Positions 20,989 through 29,788 are shown, counted from the stretch's first letter. The stretch is 56,644 nucleotides of DNA from an uncultured Desulfobacterales bacterium (GCA_964578585.1 CAZODM010000003.1:1-56644), one strand, 5' to 3'. A program made the numbers and translations. The notes: a model not told the origin generated them from the letters alone.

Positions 20989-21822
20989 ATGACAAAAGAA
21001 GATATTGCTATAAGTGTAGAGAATTTAACTAAGCATTATGGAAAATTATGTGCTCTTAATAGTGTAAGTTTTAGTGTAAAAAATGGTGAACTTTTTGCTC
21101 TTCTTGGTCCTAATGGAGCAGGGAAGACAACTTTGGTCCGTATTCTTACAGGTCTCACCAAAAAGACTTCAGGTAAGAGCGTCGTAAATGGTAAATTTGG
21201 ACTTGTACCTCAAGCCATAAACCTTGATTATGATTTAACAGTAGAGGAGAATCTTTTTATACATGGTCTCTTATACTCTATGTCACTTAAAAGAATAAGA
21301 GATAGGACAAAGGAGCTTCTTTGTTATGCAGAACTTACACAAAAGAGAACAGCTACAGTAAGAGAGCTTTCTGGGGGGATGAAACGGAGGCTTTTGATAG
21401 CTCGTGCACTTCTTCATGAGCCCAGGGTATTATTTTTAGATGAACCAACAGTAGGGCTTGATCCTCATATAAGGCGAAAGATATGGTCTCTTATAAAGAG
21501 GATTCAACACAGTGGCACAACCATATTGCTTACTACTCATTATATTGAAGAGGCAGAGTTTTTAGCTGACAGGGTGGCAATCTTGGACCATGGATGTGTA
21601 GTTGCACTTGATGAACCAAAGGTCTTAATGGAGCAACTTGGTTCTTATGCACTTGACGTAGTAGATGAAAAGGGGCTAAAAACATTTTATTTTTTAGATA
21701 AAAAAAGTGCACAACAACAGATGTTAAAGTATGGTGAACAAGGACTAAGTATTACTTTAAGAAGAGTGACACTTGAAGACGTAGTTATAAAACTTACGGC
21801 AGATAAAAGATCTAAGGTCTAA
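20989..21822 (+). CDS. ABC transporter ATP-binding protein (ABC-2/DrrA-like), no cognate permease nearby
   Basis: 277 aa; GPNGAGKTT, LSGGMKRR, LFLDEPT, TTHY; 2-nt gap after the preceding gene. Confidence 0.9.
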   Translation: MTKEDIAISVENLTKHYGKLCALNSVSFSVKNGELFALLGPNGAGKTTLVRILTGLTKKTSGKSVVNGKFGLVPQAINLDYDLTVEENLFIHGLLYSMSLKRIRDRTKELLCYAELTQKRTATVRELSGGMKRRLLIARALLHEPRVLFLDEPTVGLDPHIRRKIWSLIKRIQHSGTTILLTTHYIEEAEFLADRVAILDHGCVVALDEPKVLMEQLGSYALDVVDEKGLKTFYFLDKKSAQQQMLKYGEQGLSITLRRVTLEDVVIKLTADKRSKV

Positions 21823-22394
21823 TGAAAGATAGCCCCTTATTGAGATTATTTTTATTATTAGTCTTTGTATCCTCATTACCATTTTTATTCTCTTCTTGTT
21901 CCAAAACTTCTAAAGACTCTGTTATGCTTCTTGATTTTGAAGATCCTTATAAGCTAAGTGGGTTGGTATGGCAGTGTAAGGTAGATTATAAGATAAATAT
22001 GCTCCATGCTACTCATGGTCTTTATTGTTTAGAGGTAGATTTTTATCCATCTAGGCAACCAGAGTTTAAGACAGGTGCATTTAATGACCTTTTTCATGAT
22101 TGGCATGGGTATAAGTGGCTTCTTTTGGATATATTTAACCCTCAAGATAGAGCAATAAGACTATTTTTTACTATTGATGATCATGATCATAATTATCCTT
22201 GGATTGACAAGGCAAATGGAAATATTTTATTGCACCCAGGTATAAATCATGTAAAAATCTATCTTCTAAGATTAAATAGTCCAGGAGCTTTAACAAGGCT
22301 AAATCTAGACTATGTTGCAAGTATAGCGTTTTTTTTAAAGCATCCTAAGAGGAAAGTAGTCTTGTTTTTTGATAACATTCGTATTAAACGTTAG
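21822..22394 (+). CDS. Lipoprotein of unknown function (possible beta-sandwich / CBM-like fold)
   Basis: 190 aa; signal peptide with lipobox FSSC; LLDFEDP...FDNIRIK framing resembles jelly-roll binding modules; start overlaps the ABC ATPase stop (TAATG). Confidence 0.6.
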   Translation: MKDSPLLRLFLLLVFVSSLPFLFSSCSKTSKDSVMLLDFEDPYKLSGLVWQCKVDYKINMLHATHGLYCLEVDFYPSRQPEFKTGAFNDLFHDWHGYKWLLLDIFNPQDRAIRLFFTIDDHDHNYPWIDKANGNILLHPGINHVKIYLLRLNSPGALTRLNLDYVASIAFFLKHPKRKVVLFFDNIRIKR

Positions 22395-22424
22395 TTTTAG
22401 TCATACATAAAGAGAGGCATAAAG

Positions 22425-23006
22425 ATGGAAGCTCAAAATCAAGAAAAAAGGCCATATCAATTTGCAAAAGTCCCTTGTTTTTTAACAGGTAAATTGGTGT
22501 TAGACACAGACAGAGAGAGGATAAAGCAAAAGCTTGCTAAATTTTTAGTGGATGAACGTGGTTTTTCAATGGATGAGTTAATACCAGATCAAGAGTATTT
22601 TATGGAGTTTAAAGGTCAAAAGATCGTCTCTATTGTGGATCTTCTCATAAAGATTGATGATCGCATATTGATGCTTATTAGATGTAATCCAGGCTCTGTG
22701 GTGACACGAGAGACGTGTGCAATTTCTCTTGCAAGACTATTTTTACCTGAACATATCATTCCATATGCACTTCAGGCTAATTTAGAAGATGTAGCAATCT
22801 TAGATGTTAAAAATAAAAGGGCGATAGAATATGGATGGGACAATATCCCCTCTCGTACTAAGCTATTGGAGATGACTAAAGATTGGCCACCTCCAGTCCT
22901 TCCAGAAAAGAGACGTGCAGTAGAACAACAGTTGTTATTTTCTTATGAGACCCATTGGAGAAAGGATCCTCCTGAAAGACGGGGGGATGTGTTGGTATAT
23001 AAATAA
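22425..23006 (+). CDS. Hypothetical protein resembling the HsdR N-terminal (PD-(D/E)xK-like) domain family
   Basis: 193 aa; the pattern ...DLLIKIDDRILMLIRCNPG...YALQAN... parallels the D...ExK...Q core of HSDR_N-type proteins, but with R-C-N in place of E-x-K. Confidence 0.35.
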   Translation: MEAQNQEKRPYQFAKVPCFLTGKLVLDTDRERIKQKLAKFLVDERGFSMDELIPDQEYFMEFKGQKIVSIVDLLIKIDDRILMLIRCNPGSVVTRETCAISLARLFLPEHIIPYALQANLEDVAILDVKNKRAIEYGWDNIPSRTKLLEMTKDWPPPVLPEKRRAVEQQLLFSYETHWRKDPPERRGDVLVYK

Positions 23007-23028
23007 AAATATTATTTTGAGGGCATAG

Positions 23029-24027
23029 ATGTCTAAAGAAATCCTGATTGATAGTTATGGAAGGCGGATAACCTATCTTCGTATATCTATTACAGATAGG
23101 TGTAATCTTAGATGTTTATATTGTATGCCTCGAAAGCATTTTCGGTGGATACCTCATGAAAATATCTTGCGTTTTGAAGAGATTAAACGCATTTCTAGTA
23201 TCTTAGTAAAGATGGGGATAAAAAAGATTCGTCTTACTGGAGGAGAGCCTCTTGTAAGAAAGGGTTTTAGTGATCTTGTAAAGGAATTAGCAGATATAAA
23301 AGGTCTTGAAAAGATATGTCTTACTACTAATGGGACATTTTTGTCTAAGTATGCCAAAAGACTATATGAAGCAGGGTTGAGACATATTAATATAAGTTTG
23401 GATTCTTTAGATCGTAAAACCTATGAACAGATTACAGGACAAGATGCCTTAGGAGATGTTCTTTATGCACTTGATGAGGTAGAAAGGCTTGGTTTCAATC
23501 CCATAAAGATAAATTGTGTAGTATTAAAGGGTATAAATGATAAGGATATTGTTAATCTTGCAGCACTAAGTATAGATAGACCCTTTCAGATACGTTTTAT
23601 AGAGTTTATGTCTATAGGGACAGACAATTCATGGACACCTGATATGTTTGTTTCTAGTGAAGATACAAAATACCTTATAGAGAGTCGTTTAGGAATCTTG
23701 AGCCCGGTATCAAACAAAATAGGTAGGGGACCTGCTCAGATATTTAAATTAAATGGGGCAAAAGGGGAGATAGGTTTTATAAGTCCTCTTAGTCATCATT
23801 TTTGTGGAACATGTAATAGGATACGTCTTACAGCAGATGGTAAACTTAGACTGTGTCTTTTTTCTGATCAAGAGTGGGATGTTTTGTCTTTACTAAGGGA
23901 CAATGTTAGTGATAAAGAATTAGAGGAGTTTTTCCGAAAGGCAATCAAGGCCAAACCAATGGAACACTTTGGCAATATGGTACACGTACCTACATGTAAA
24001 AAGAATATGTCCAAGATTGGAGGGTAA
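23029..24027 (+). CDS. moaA: GTP 3',8-cyclase (molybdenum cofactor biosynthesis protein A)
   Basis: 332 aa; radical-SAM CNLRCLYC; C-terminal auxiliary cluster CGTCNRIRLTADGKLRLCL; terminal GG. Confidence 0.93.
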   Translation: MSKEILIDSYGRRITYLRISITDRCNLRCLYCMPRKHFRWIPHENILRFEEIKRISSILVKMGIKKIRLTGGEPLVRKGFSDLVKELADIKGLEKICLTTNGTFLSKYAKRLYEAGLRHINISLDSLDRKTYEQITGQDALGDVLYALDEVERLGFNPIKINCVVLKGINDKDIVNLAALSIDRPFQIRFIEFMSIGTDNSWTPDMFVSSEDTKYLIESRLGILSPVSNKIGRGPAQIFKLNGAKGEIGFISPLSHHFCGTCNRIRLTADGKLRLCLFSDQEWDVLSLLRDNVSDKELEEFFRKAIKAKPMEHFGNMVHVPTCKKNMSKIGG

Positions 24028-24156
24028 TTTTTTGTAGTCAATAGGACTTGTCTAATAAGTTTAATTGCCTAATTTTTATAATGGATTGTAACAATATTTC
24101 TAAGGTACTAAAAACCATAACAAAATTAAAAGAATAGAGAGGCTGGTTGGGAAGCT

Positions 24157-24603
24157 ATGTTAGTACTTGAAGATCTTAAATACACAGAAGGTCATTTATG
24201 GGTTAAAACTGAGGAGTCTAATGAGGCTACAATAGGTATTACTGACTATGGTCAGATGTTTTTAGGAAAGATGGTATCTGTTGATCTCCCAGAAGAGGGG
24301 GAAGAGATTGTAAAAGATGATGTATTTGGGAGTGCTGAGGGGCGTAAAAATTTTATGGAGCTTTATTCCCCTTTAACAGGAGAGGTTATAGCTATCAATG
24401 AGGCATTGCTTGAAGAGCCAGAAATAATAAACTCTGATCCCTATGATGATGGTTGGCTTATAAAGATAAAGTTTTCTCAGCCAGAAGAGATGGATGATCT
24501 GCTTCCTGCGGATGATTATCAGACAATGGTAGAGGAGCTTTTGCTTGCTCAAGAGGATGAAGAAGACATTGGGTTTGAAGACGATTTTGAGATTGAAGAA
24601 TAG
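24157..24603 (+). CDS. Glycine-cleavage H-protein-like lipoyl carrier with an acidic C-terminal tail
   Basis: 148 aa; EGHLWVK; lipoyl-lysine context SAEGRKNFMELYSPLTGEV; tail EDEEDIGFEDDFEIEE; no gcvT/gcvP nearby. Confidence 0.75.
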   Translation: MLVLEDLKYTEGHLWVKTEESNEATIGITDYGQMFLGKMVSVDLPEEGEEIVKDDVFGSAEGRKNFMELYSPLTGEVIAINEALLEEPEIINSDPYDDGWLIKIKFSQPEEMDDLLPADDYQTMVEELLLAQEDEEDIGFEDDFEIEE

Positions 24604-24617
24604 ATAAAAGGGATAGG

Positions 24618-25556
24618 ATGTGTCTTATGTCAAAGATAGCATTTTTGTTTCCTGGACAGGGATCTCAATATGTTGGCATGTGTAAAGATATCTTAGAAGC
24701 TGTTAACTCAGCAAAAGAGATATTTCAAATAGCTGAGGATGTTACACAAATACCAGTAACAAAGCTTGCGTTAGAAGGTCCACTAGAAGAGCTTACTAGT
24801 ACCAGGAACCTTCAACCAGTACTTTGTGCTGCTGATATGGCAATATGTAGTGCCTTAAGAGAAAGAGGTATAGAGCCAGATGCAGTAGCAGGTCATAGTC
24901 TTGGAGAGTTTCCTGCTTTGTGGGCAGCAGGGGTATTAAGTACCAAAGACACTTTTAAGCTTGTTAAGAAGAGGGGAATCCTTATGGATGCAGCTGGAGA
25001 AAGGGTTAGTGGCTCTATGGCTGCAGTTATTGGTCTTTCAAAAGAGGAGCTTTCTAAGATTATAGATGAGTTAAGAGGTAGAGGGGAGATATCTTTAGCT
25101 AATCATAATTCTCCTGAACAGATAGTAATTACGGGTGAAAGAGAGCTTATAAGAGCTGCATGTAAAAAGGTTAAGGAAAAGGGGGCAAGGGCTATACCTC
25201 TTAAGGTCTCTGGACCATTTCATAGTCCCCTTATGAAGGATGCAGCCAAAGAGTTTTCTTCATTTATAGATGAGATTGAGTTTTTGGCTCCTAAGGTTCC
25301 TATTTATTCTAATGTTAGTGCAAAGGCAGAGACTGATCCTATAAAGATAAAGGGACTTTTATCCAAGCAGATGGTATCACCTGTTAGATGGTATGATACA
25401 GTAATAAATATGAAAAATGATGGGATAGATATCTTTATAGAATCTGGTCCTAAAAAGGTTCTTTCAAACCTTATAAAAAAGTGCCTTCCTGAAGATAAAT
25501 CGATAAAAATATTTCAAGTAGAAAATATGGACGATATAGATCAGTGTAACTTATGA
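24618..25556 (+). CDS. fabD: Malonyl CoA-ACP transacylase
   Basis: 312 aa; FLFPGQGSQ; active-site GHSLGE; the real start may be ATG 24627 (MSKIAF...). Confidence 0.92.
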   Translation: MCLMSKIAFLFPGQGSQYVGMCKDILEAVNSAKEIFQIAEDVTQIPVTKLALEGPLEELTSTRNLQPVLCAADMAICSALRERGIEPDAVAGHSLGEFPALWAAGVLSTKDTFKLVKKRGILMDAAGERVSGSMAAVIGLSKEELSKIIDELRGRGEISLANHNSPEQIVITGERELIRAACKKVKEKGARAIPLKVSGPFHSPLMKDAAKEFSSFIDEIEFLAPKVPIYSNVSAKAETDPIKIKGLLSKQMVSPVRWYDTVINMKNDGIDIFIESGPKKVLSNLIKKCLPEDKSIKIFQVENMDDIDQCNL

Positions 25557-26377
25557 CTTGTTTATAATATCTAGAGAATAGTATCAGATTTTCAAGATAA
25601 TTGGTTTAGTTCGTACCTTATTTATTTCTGATTTACTAAGCGAATCTTTTATCCTAATTAATATTACTTGTCGAACTTCTACTAATCAAGAAGAAACTCC
25701 TGTTATAAATACTATTACTGTAAAGAGGGTTAGAAAAGAAAGTAGAAGGGAGAATATATACAAAAGGACAGGAGAAGATAAGTCAGATGAAGGCTATTTA
25801 GGTGGAAAGAGAAAAGGCAAGAGGGGTGGATGTATGAGGAAGAAAACACTTATTTAGGGTATAGGGAAGAAAAGCAAAGTAAAAAAGGATTCTGGAGTTA
25901 TGCTAAGTAAAGTTATTGAAATTTCATGAGATATTACCTGAAAATTCTTCGTATTCTTGAAAAGAGTTTGAGTTTTAGTAAATAACAGGGAAGATGAAGA
26001 TAATTTATTGATAAAATAGTAAATGTTATTAGGTGGAAAAAAGTAAGAAATTACTAAAAGTACTATGGGAATAGTTGAAAAGGGAGTTCTAATAGTAACT
26101 ATATAAAAAACAGACAGCTATAATAAATAAACATATACATAAGTACAGATAAACAGATAGGATAATAAGATATATTATAGATAATAGAAAGAGAAATCAT
26201 GTATATAGTTTAAATTAGCTATATTACAGTAGCAATAAATGTTTATCAAAGCTGCTAAAAAATTGGTTAGAAACTATCACACTATTAATTAATAATAAAG
26301 GGATAGCCAAACATGAGAACTATTTAAGTTAATTAAAATCTTAGATATCATTACTTGTGACTTGATCCCATAAAATA
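25557..26377. other. 821-nt ORF-free, strongly purine-skewed (C-depleted on + strand) non-coding tract
   Basis: No ORF of 60 aa or more on either strand; hand count over 25721-26220 gives about 30 C versus about 112 G; 11-mer TTAGGTGGAAA at 25798 and 26029. Confidence 0.6.
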
Positions 26378-26563
26378 TTAATTATTAGAGTCAGCTTCGT
26401 TATCGTTAGAGGAACTGGTTTTTATTTCTAATAATTTTTTATATACTTGTTCTAAAAATTTTGTAATTGAACCATGTTTAATTTCCCCTGATTGGGCATA
26501 TGCTTTTGTTATTTCTACTGCATGCCTTAAACATTCATCTTTTATATATTCTGGAAGTTTCAT
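26378..26563 (-). CDS. Small hypothetical protein (61 aa) resembling the MucR/Ros N-terminal oligomerisation region, no zinc finger
   Basis: AVEITKAYAQSGEIKHGSITKFLEQVYKKL parallels [31 protein letters not shown] of MucR-type proteins; 4-nt overlap with the upstream DUF3108 gene. Confidence 0.35.
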   Translation of the reverse strand: MKLPEYIKDECLRHAVEITKAYAQSGEIKHGSITKFLEQVYKKLLEIKTSSSNDNEADSNN

Positions 26564-27396
26564 CTTTTTAGTCTCCCTAGATTCTTTTGTTCCAAAACTG
26601 ATAAATGGTAAGAGGTTAATTCCGCAACAAAGTGACCCACAATGACTTTGCTTTTCATCTTAACAGGTATATGCCATTTATCATCTGTAAGCCAAACAAG
26701 TATCTTAGCATTTGGACTTTTTCTAAATACCCCTCTAAGCCCATGAAGTCTAGGTTCTATTAGTATAGTTTTAAACTTTCCTGCTGGGGTGGTAATTATT
26801 TGTCTTCCAAGTACATATATCTCTCCTTGAACAATATGTTTACCATCAGTTATCATAATATGTACAGGAGAATGTGAAAATTTTAAACACCTAAATACAA
26901 AAAAGGCGGAAAGAGGATCTTGGACAATATTGTTTAAGATTAAAGTATTCTTAAGTTTTTTATCTTTATAATAAAAACACCTCTTATTTTTAAAAATAAC
27001 ATCAATTATCTTTCTAGGATGCCAGCCTTCCTTAGAATCTTTATGATAATGAATTGGTTGAGGTCCTGGTACTTTTACAGTTGAACATACCACATCTTTT
27101 GCAGGATATATCCATCTGACAACAGGTGCTGTTTTAGCCCACATGTAAAATTTTATTTTATTTGTAGCTAATTGTTCTACACTAAGTTCTGCATCTGCTG
27201 CATGTATAAAACCCCAATAAATTTTATATTGTAATCGTTCTCCTATAAATCTTTCCACATGAAATATTTGTGTTGAAGGAGTGTTGAATTTATTTGTTAT
27301 GTTTATTGCATTTAAATTATATGGTAAAAATAAAAGAATATTGACTATAAAATATAAAAATAATAAAATTATAAAAATTTTTATTTGATATTTCAT
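26560..27396 (-). CDS. DUF3108-like exported protein
   Basis: 278 aa; N-terminal signal/TM; GERLQYKIYWGFIHAADAELSV matches the characteristic DUF3108 opening pattern; divergent from bcsA. Confidence 0.55.
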   Translation of the reverse strand: MKYQIKIFIILLFLYFIVNILLFLPYNLNAINITNKFNTPSTQIFHVERFIGERLQYKIYWGFIHAADAELSVEQLATNKIKFYMWAKTAPVVRWIYPAKDVVCSTVKVPGPQPIHYHKDSKEGWHPRKIIDVIFKNKRCFYYKDKKLKNTLILNNIVQDPLSAFFVFRCLKFSHSPVHIMITDGKHIVQGEIYVLGRQIITTPAGKFKTILIEPRLHGLRGVFRKSPNAKILVWLTDDKWHIPVKMKSKVIVGHFVAELTSYHLSVLEQKNLGRLKR

Positions 27397-27547
27397 ACTA
27401 AGTTAATCTCTTTTTTTAAAATTTAAGTTACTTATAAGTTGTTTAATTTTAAATTATTTAAAGTTCTTATCAAATAATTAATTTTCTACTTTACTTTAAT
27501 TTCTGATTATATTATTATTTTATCTTATTGGAGGGGGAGTTAAAAAA

Positions 27548-29788
27548 ATGAATATGGATTCAGAAGAACATAGTAGAAGAATCCTTTTTATAGTTTGGAT
27601 TTTTTTACTTTTAGTCTTTTTATACTTAGCATATATCCCGGTTGACCTATCAAGTTATCTAATTATTGGACCTATTATACTAGTTTCAATGTTCATTTTG
27701 GATCGATTTTTTCCCCATGAAGGTGTTTTTCGAGTGTTATATTTGATTTTAGCTGCTTATTTATCTGTACGTTATATATTATGGCGTGCATTTTTTACAT
27801 TACATTTTAACGGGATATTAAGTTTTACTGCGGCTCTACTTTTATTCTTGGCAGAGCTGTATGGTATTATAATATTTTTACTTGGATTATTCGTAAATAT
27901 AAATCCATTATATAGAAAAAGTATTCCTATAAAATTTGAAGATGCTAGTTTACCAACCGTTGATATATTTGTGCCAACTTTAAATGAATCAGAGAAGATA
28001 TTAAAGGCCACCCTATTAGCTGCCAAAAATATCAATTATCCCAAAGATAAACTTAGAATATATCTCTTGGACGATGGAGGAACTCTTCAATTAAGAAATG
28101 ATCCTGACCTTAGTAAGGCTCAACAGGCCAAAAAGAGACATCAGTTGTTAAAACAAATGTGTTCTAGTTTAGGCGTTACGTATTTAACAAGAGAAAAAAA
28201 TATACATGCAAAAGCTGGAAACATAAATGAAGCCCTTAAACACAGTGGTGGAGAGTTAATTTTAGTATTGGATGCAGATCATATACCAACTACAGATATA
28301 TTAGAAAGGACAGTGGGGTGGTTCCAAAAGGATTCTAATCTTGCCCTCTTACAGACTCCTCATTTTTTTGTAAACCCTGATCCTATAGAGAAAAACTTAA
28401 ATACATTTTCTATGATGCCTAGCGAAAATGAGATGTTTTATATGGGTATTCAACCAGGTCTTGATTTTTGGAACTCCTCTTTTTTTTGTGGCTCAGCAGC
28501 AGTATTAAGAAGAAGTGCTCTAAATAGAATAGGAGGATTAGGGACCACAAGTATTACAGAAGATGCCGAAACTGCTTTAGAACTTCATAGTAGAGGTTTT
28601 AATTCTGCCTACATTTCACATCCTCTTATAGCAGGATTGCAACCAGAGACATTTACTGCATTTATAAGACAAAGGATGCGTTGGGCACAAGGAATGATAC
28701 AAATTTTTGTTTTAAAGTGTCCTCTATTTAAAAAGGGTTTAAGATTTTATCAAAAACTTTGTTACTTAAATAGTGGTTTTTTTTGGCTTTTTTCTTATGC
28801 TAGAGTTATATTCCTCCTTGCTCCTTCAGCATTCTTGATTGGTGGACTTAAAATATATGATGCAAATTTGCCACATGTAATAGCGTATGCAGGACCTCAT
28901 GTCTTAGGTACTATTATGTGCAGTAATTATTTATATGGAAGGGTAAGATGGCCTTTTATCTCTGAATTATATGAACTTATGCAGTCCTTTTTTCATCTGC
29001 CTGCTGTTACAAATGTGCTAATTAATCCCAAAAGGCCTAAATTTGTAGTTACTCCAAAGGGAGAATTTCTTAATACAGATTTTATATCCCCTTTAGCCAA
29101 TGTTTTTTATCTCCTTTTCCTTTTAATAATTATATCATTGTTGTGCGGAATATGGAGATGGTTCTTCTATCCTGTCTATAGAGATGTCTTAATTATAACT
29201 GGTGTATGGGAAATATTTAATTTGATTCTTATGTTAGGTGCAATAGGTGCATTATTAGAAAGAAGACAACTTAGAGCAGCTCCAAGAATATATGCAGGTA
29301 ATCTTAGAGCAAAATATTTTATAGACGATCAAAAAGCTTTGAATATAAAAGTTCAAGATATATCTGTTGGGGGAGCAAGTTTATTAGTAGACAAGGAACT
29401 AGTAGATCTAATCCATAATGGAGATATACTTATATATTCATCTACATTAAAGAAGGAAGTTCAACTTCCTTTTACAATTGTACATAAAATTAAGATCAGT
29501 TCAAAGCAATTTAAAATTGGTATCAAATTTGGTTCATTAGATATAAGCCAGGAAGAGACATTAGTATGTTTAATATATGGAGATAGTAATCGCTGGGTAG
29601 AGATGCTAAAACAACGAGAAAAAAGGATTGGTATAATAAAAGCTTGTGTATTTTTGATAGGTACTGGTGGAATTTATAGTGTTAAACATCTCTCTGTAGC
29701 CACCTTTAATATAGTAAAAGATTTTAGTGAAATTTTGTATAAGATTAAAAAATTTAATAAGATGTTATTTTTATCTAATAAAGTTTAA
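27548..29788 (+). CDS. bcsA: Cellulose synthase catalytic subunit with C-terminal PilZ (c-di-GMP) domain
   Basis: 746 aa; GT2 motifs LDDGG, DADH, TED, QRMRWAQG, plus QTPHFF; PilZ motifs RRQLRAAPR and DISVGGASL. Confidence 0.93.
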   Translation: MNMDSEEHSRRILFIVWIFLLLVFLYLAYIPVDLSSYLIIGPIILVSMFILDRFFPHEGVFRVLYLILAAYLSVRYILWRAFFTLHFNGILSFTAALLLFLAELYGIIIFLLGLFVNINPLYRKSIPIKFEDASLPTVDIFVPTLNESEKILKATLLAAKNINYPKDKLRIYLLDDGGTLQLRNDPDLSKAQQAKKRHQLLKQMCSSLGVTYLTREKNIHAKAGNINEALKHSGGELILVLDADHIPTTDILERTVGWFQKDSNLALLQTPHFFVNPDPIEKNLNTFSMMPSENEMFYMGIQPGLDFWNSSFFCGSAAVLRRSALNRIGGLGTTSITEDAETALELHSRGFNSAYISHPLIAGLQPETFTAFIRQRMRWAQGMIQIFVLKCPLFKKGLRFYQKLCYLNSGFFWLFSYARVIFLLAPSAFLIGGLKIYDANLPHVIAYAGPHVLGTIMCSNYLYGRVRWPFISELYELMQSFFHLPAVTNVLINPKRPKFVVTPKGEFLNTDFISPLANVFYLLFLLIIISLLCGIWRWFFYPVYRDVLIITGVWEIFNLILMLGAIGALLERRQLRAAPRIYAGNLRAKYFIDDQKALNIKVQDISVGGASLLVDKELVDLIHNGDILIYSSTLKKEVQLPFTIVHKIKISSKQFKIGIKFGSLDISQEETLVCLIYGDSNRWVEMLKQREKRIGIIKACVFLIGTGGIYSVKHLSVATFNIVKDFSEILYKIKKFNKMLFLSNKV

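Noticed and set aside
23007-23028. Possible Moco riboswitch upstream of moaA
   Set aside because: The gap is only 22 nt, so no riboswitch can fit.
25582-25857. 91-codon stop-free frame encoding a K/R/G/E-rich peptide inside the ORF-free tract
   Set aside because: It has no ATG/GTG/TTG start and no RBS. The low-complexity translation is what purine-rich DNA gives by default.
25720-26260. CsrB/RsmZ-like sponge RNA idea, based on about 15 GGA motifs on the + strand
   Set aside because: The GGA density is about what the local base composition predicts (roughly 22 % G, A dominant). With C depleted, I saw no stem-loops presenting the motifs. It is kept only as one hypothesis under the tract finding.
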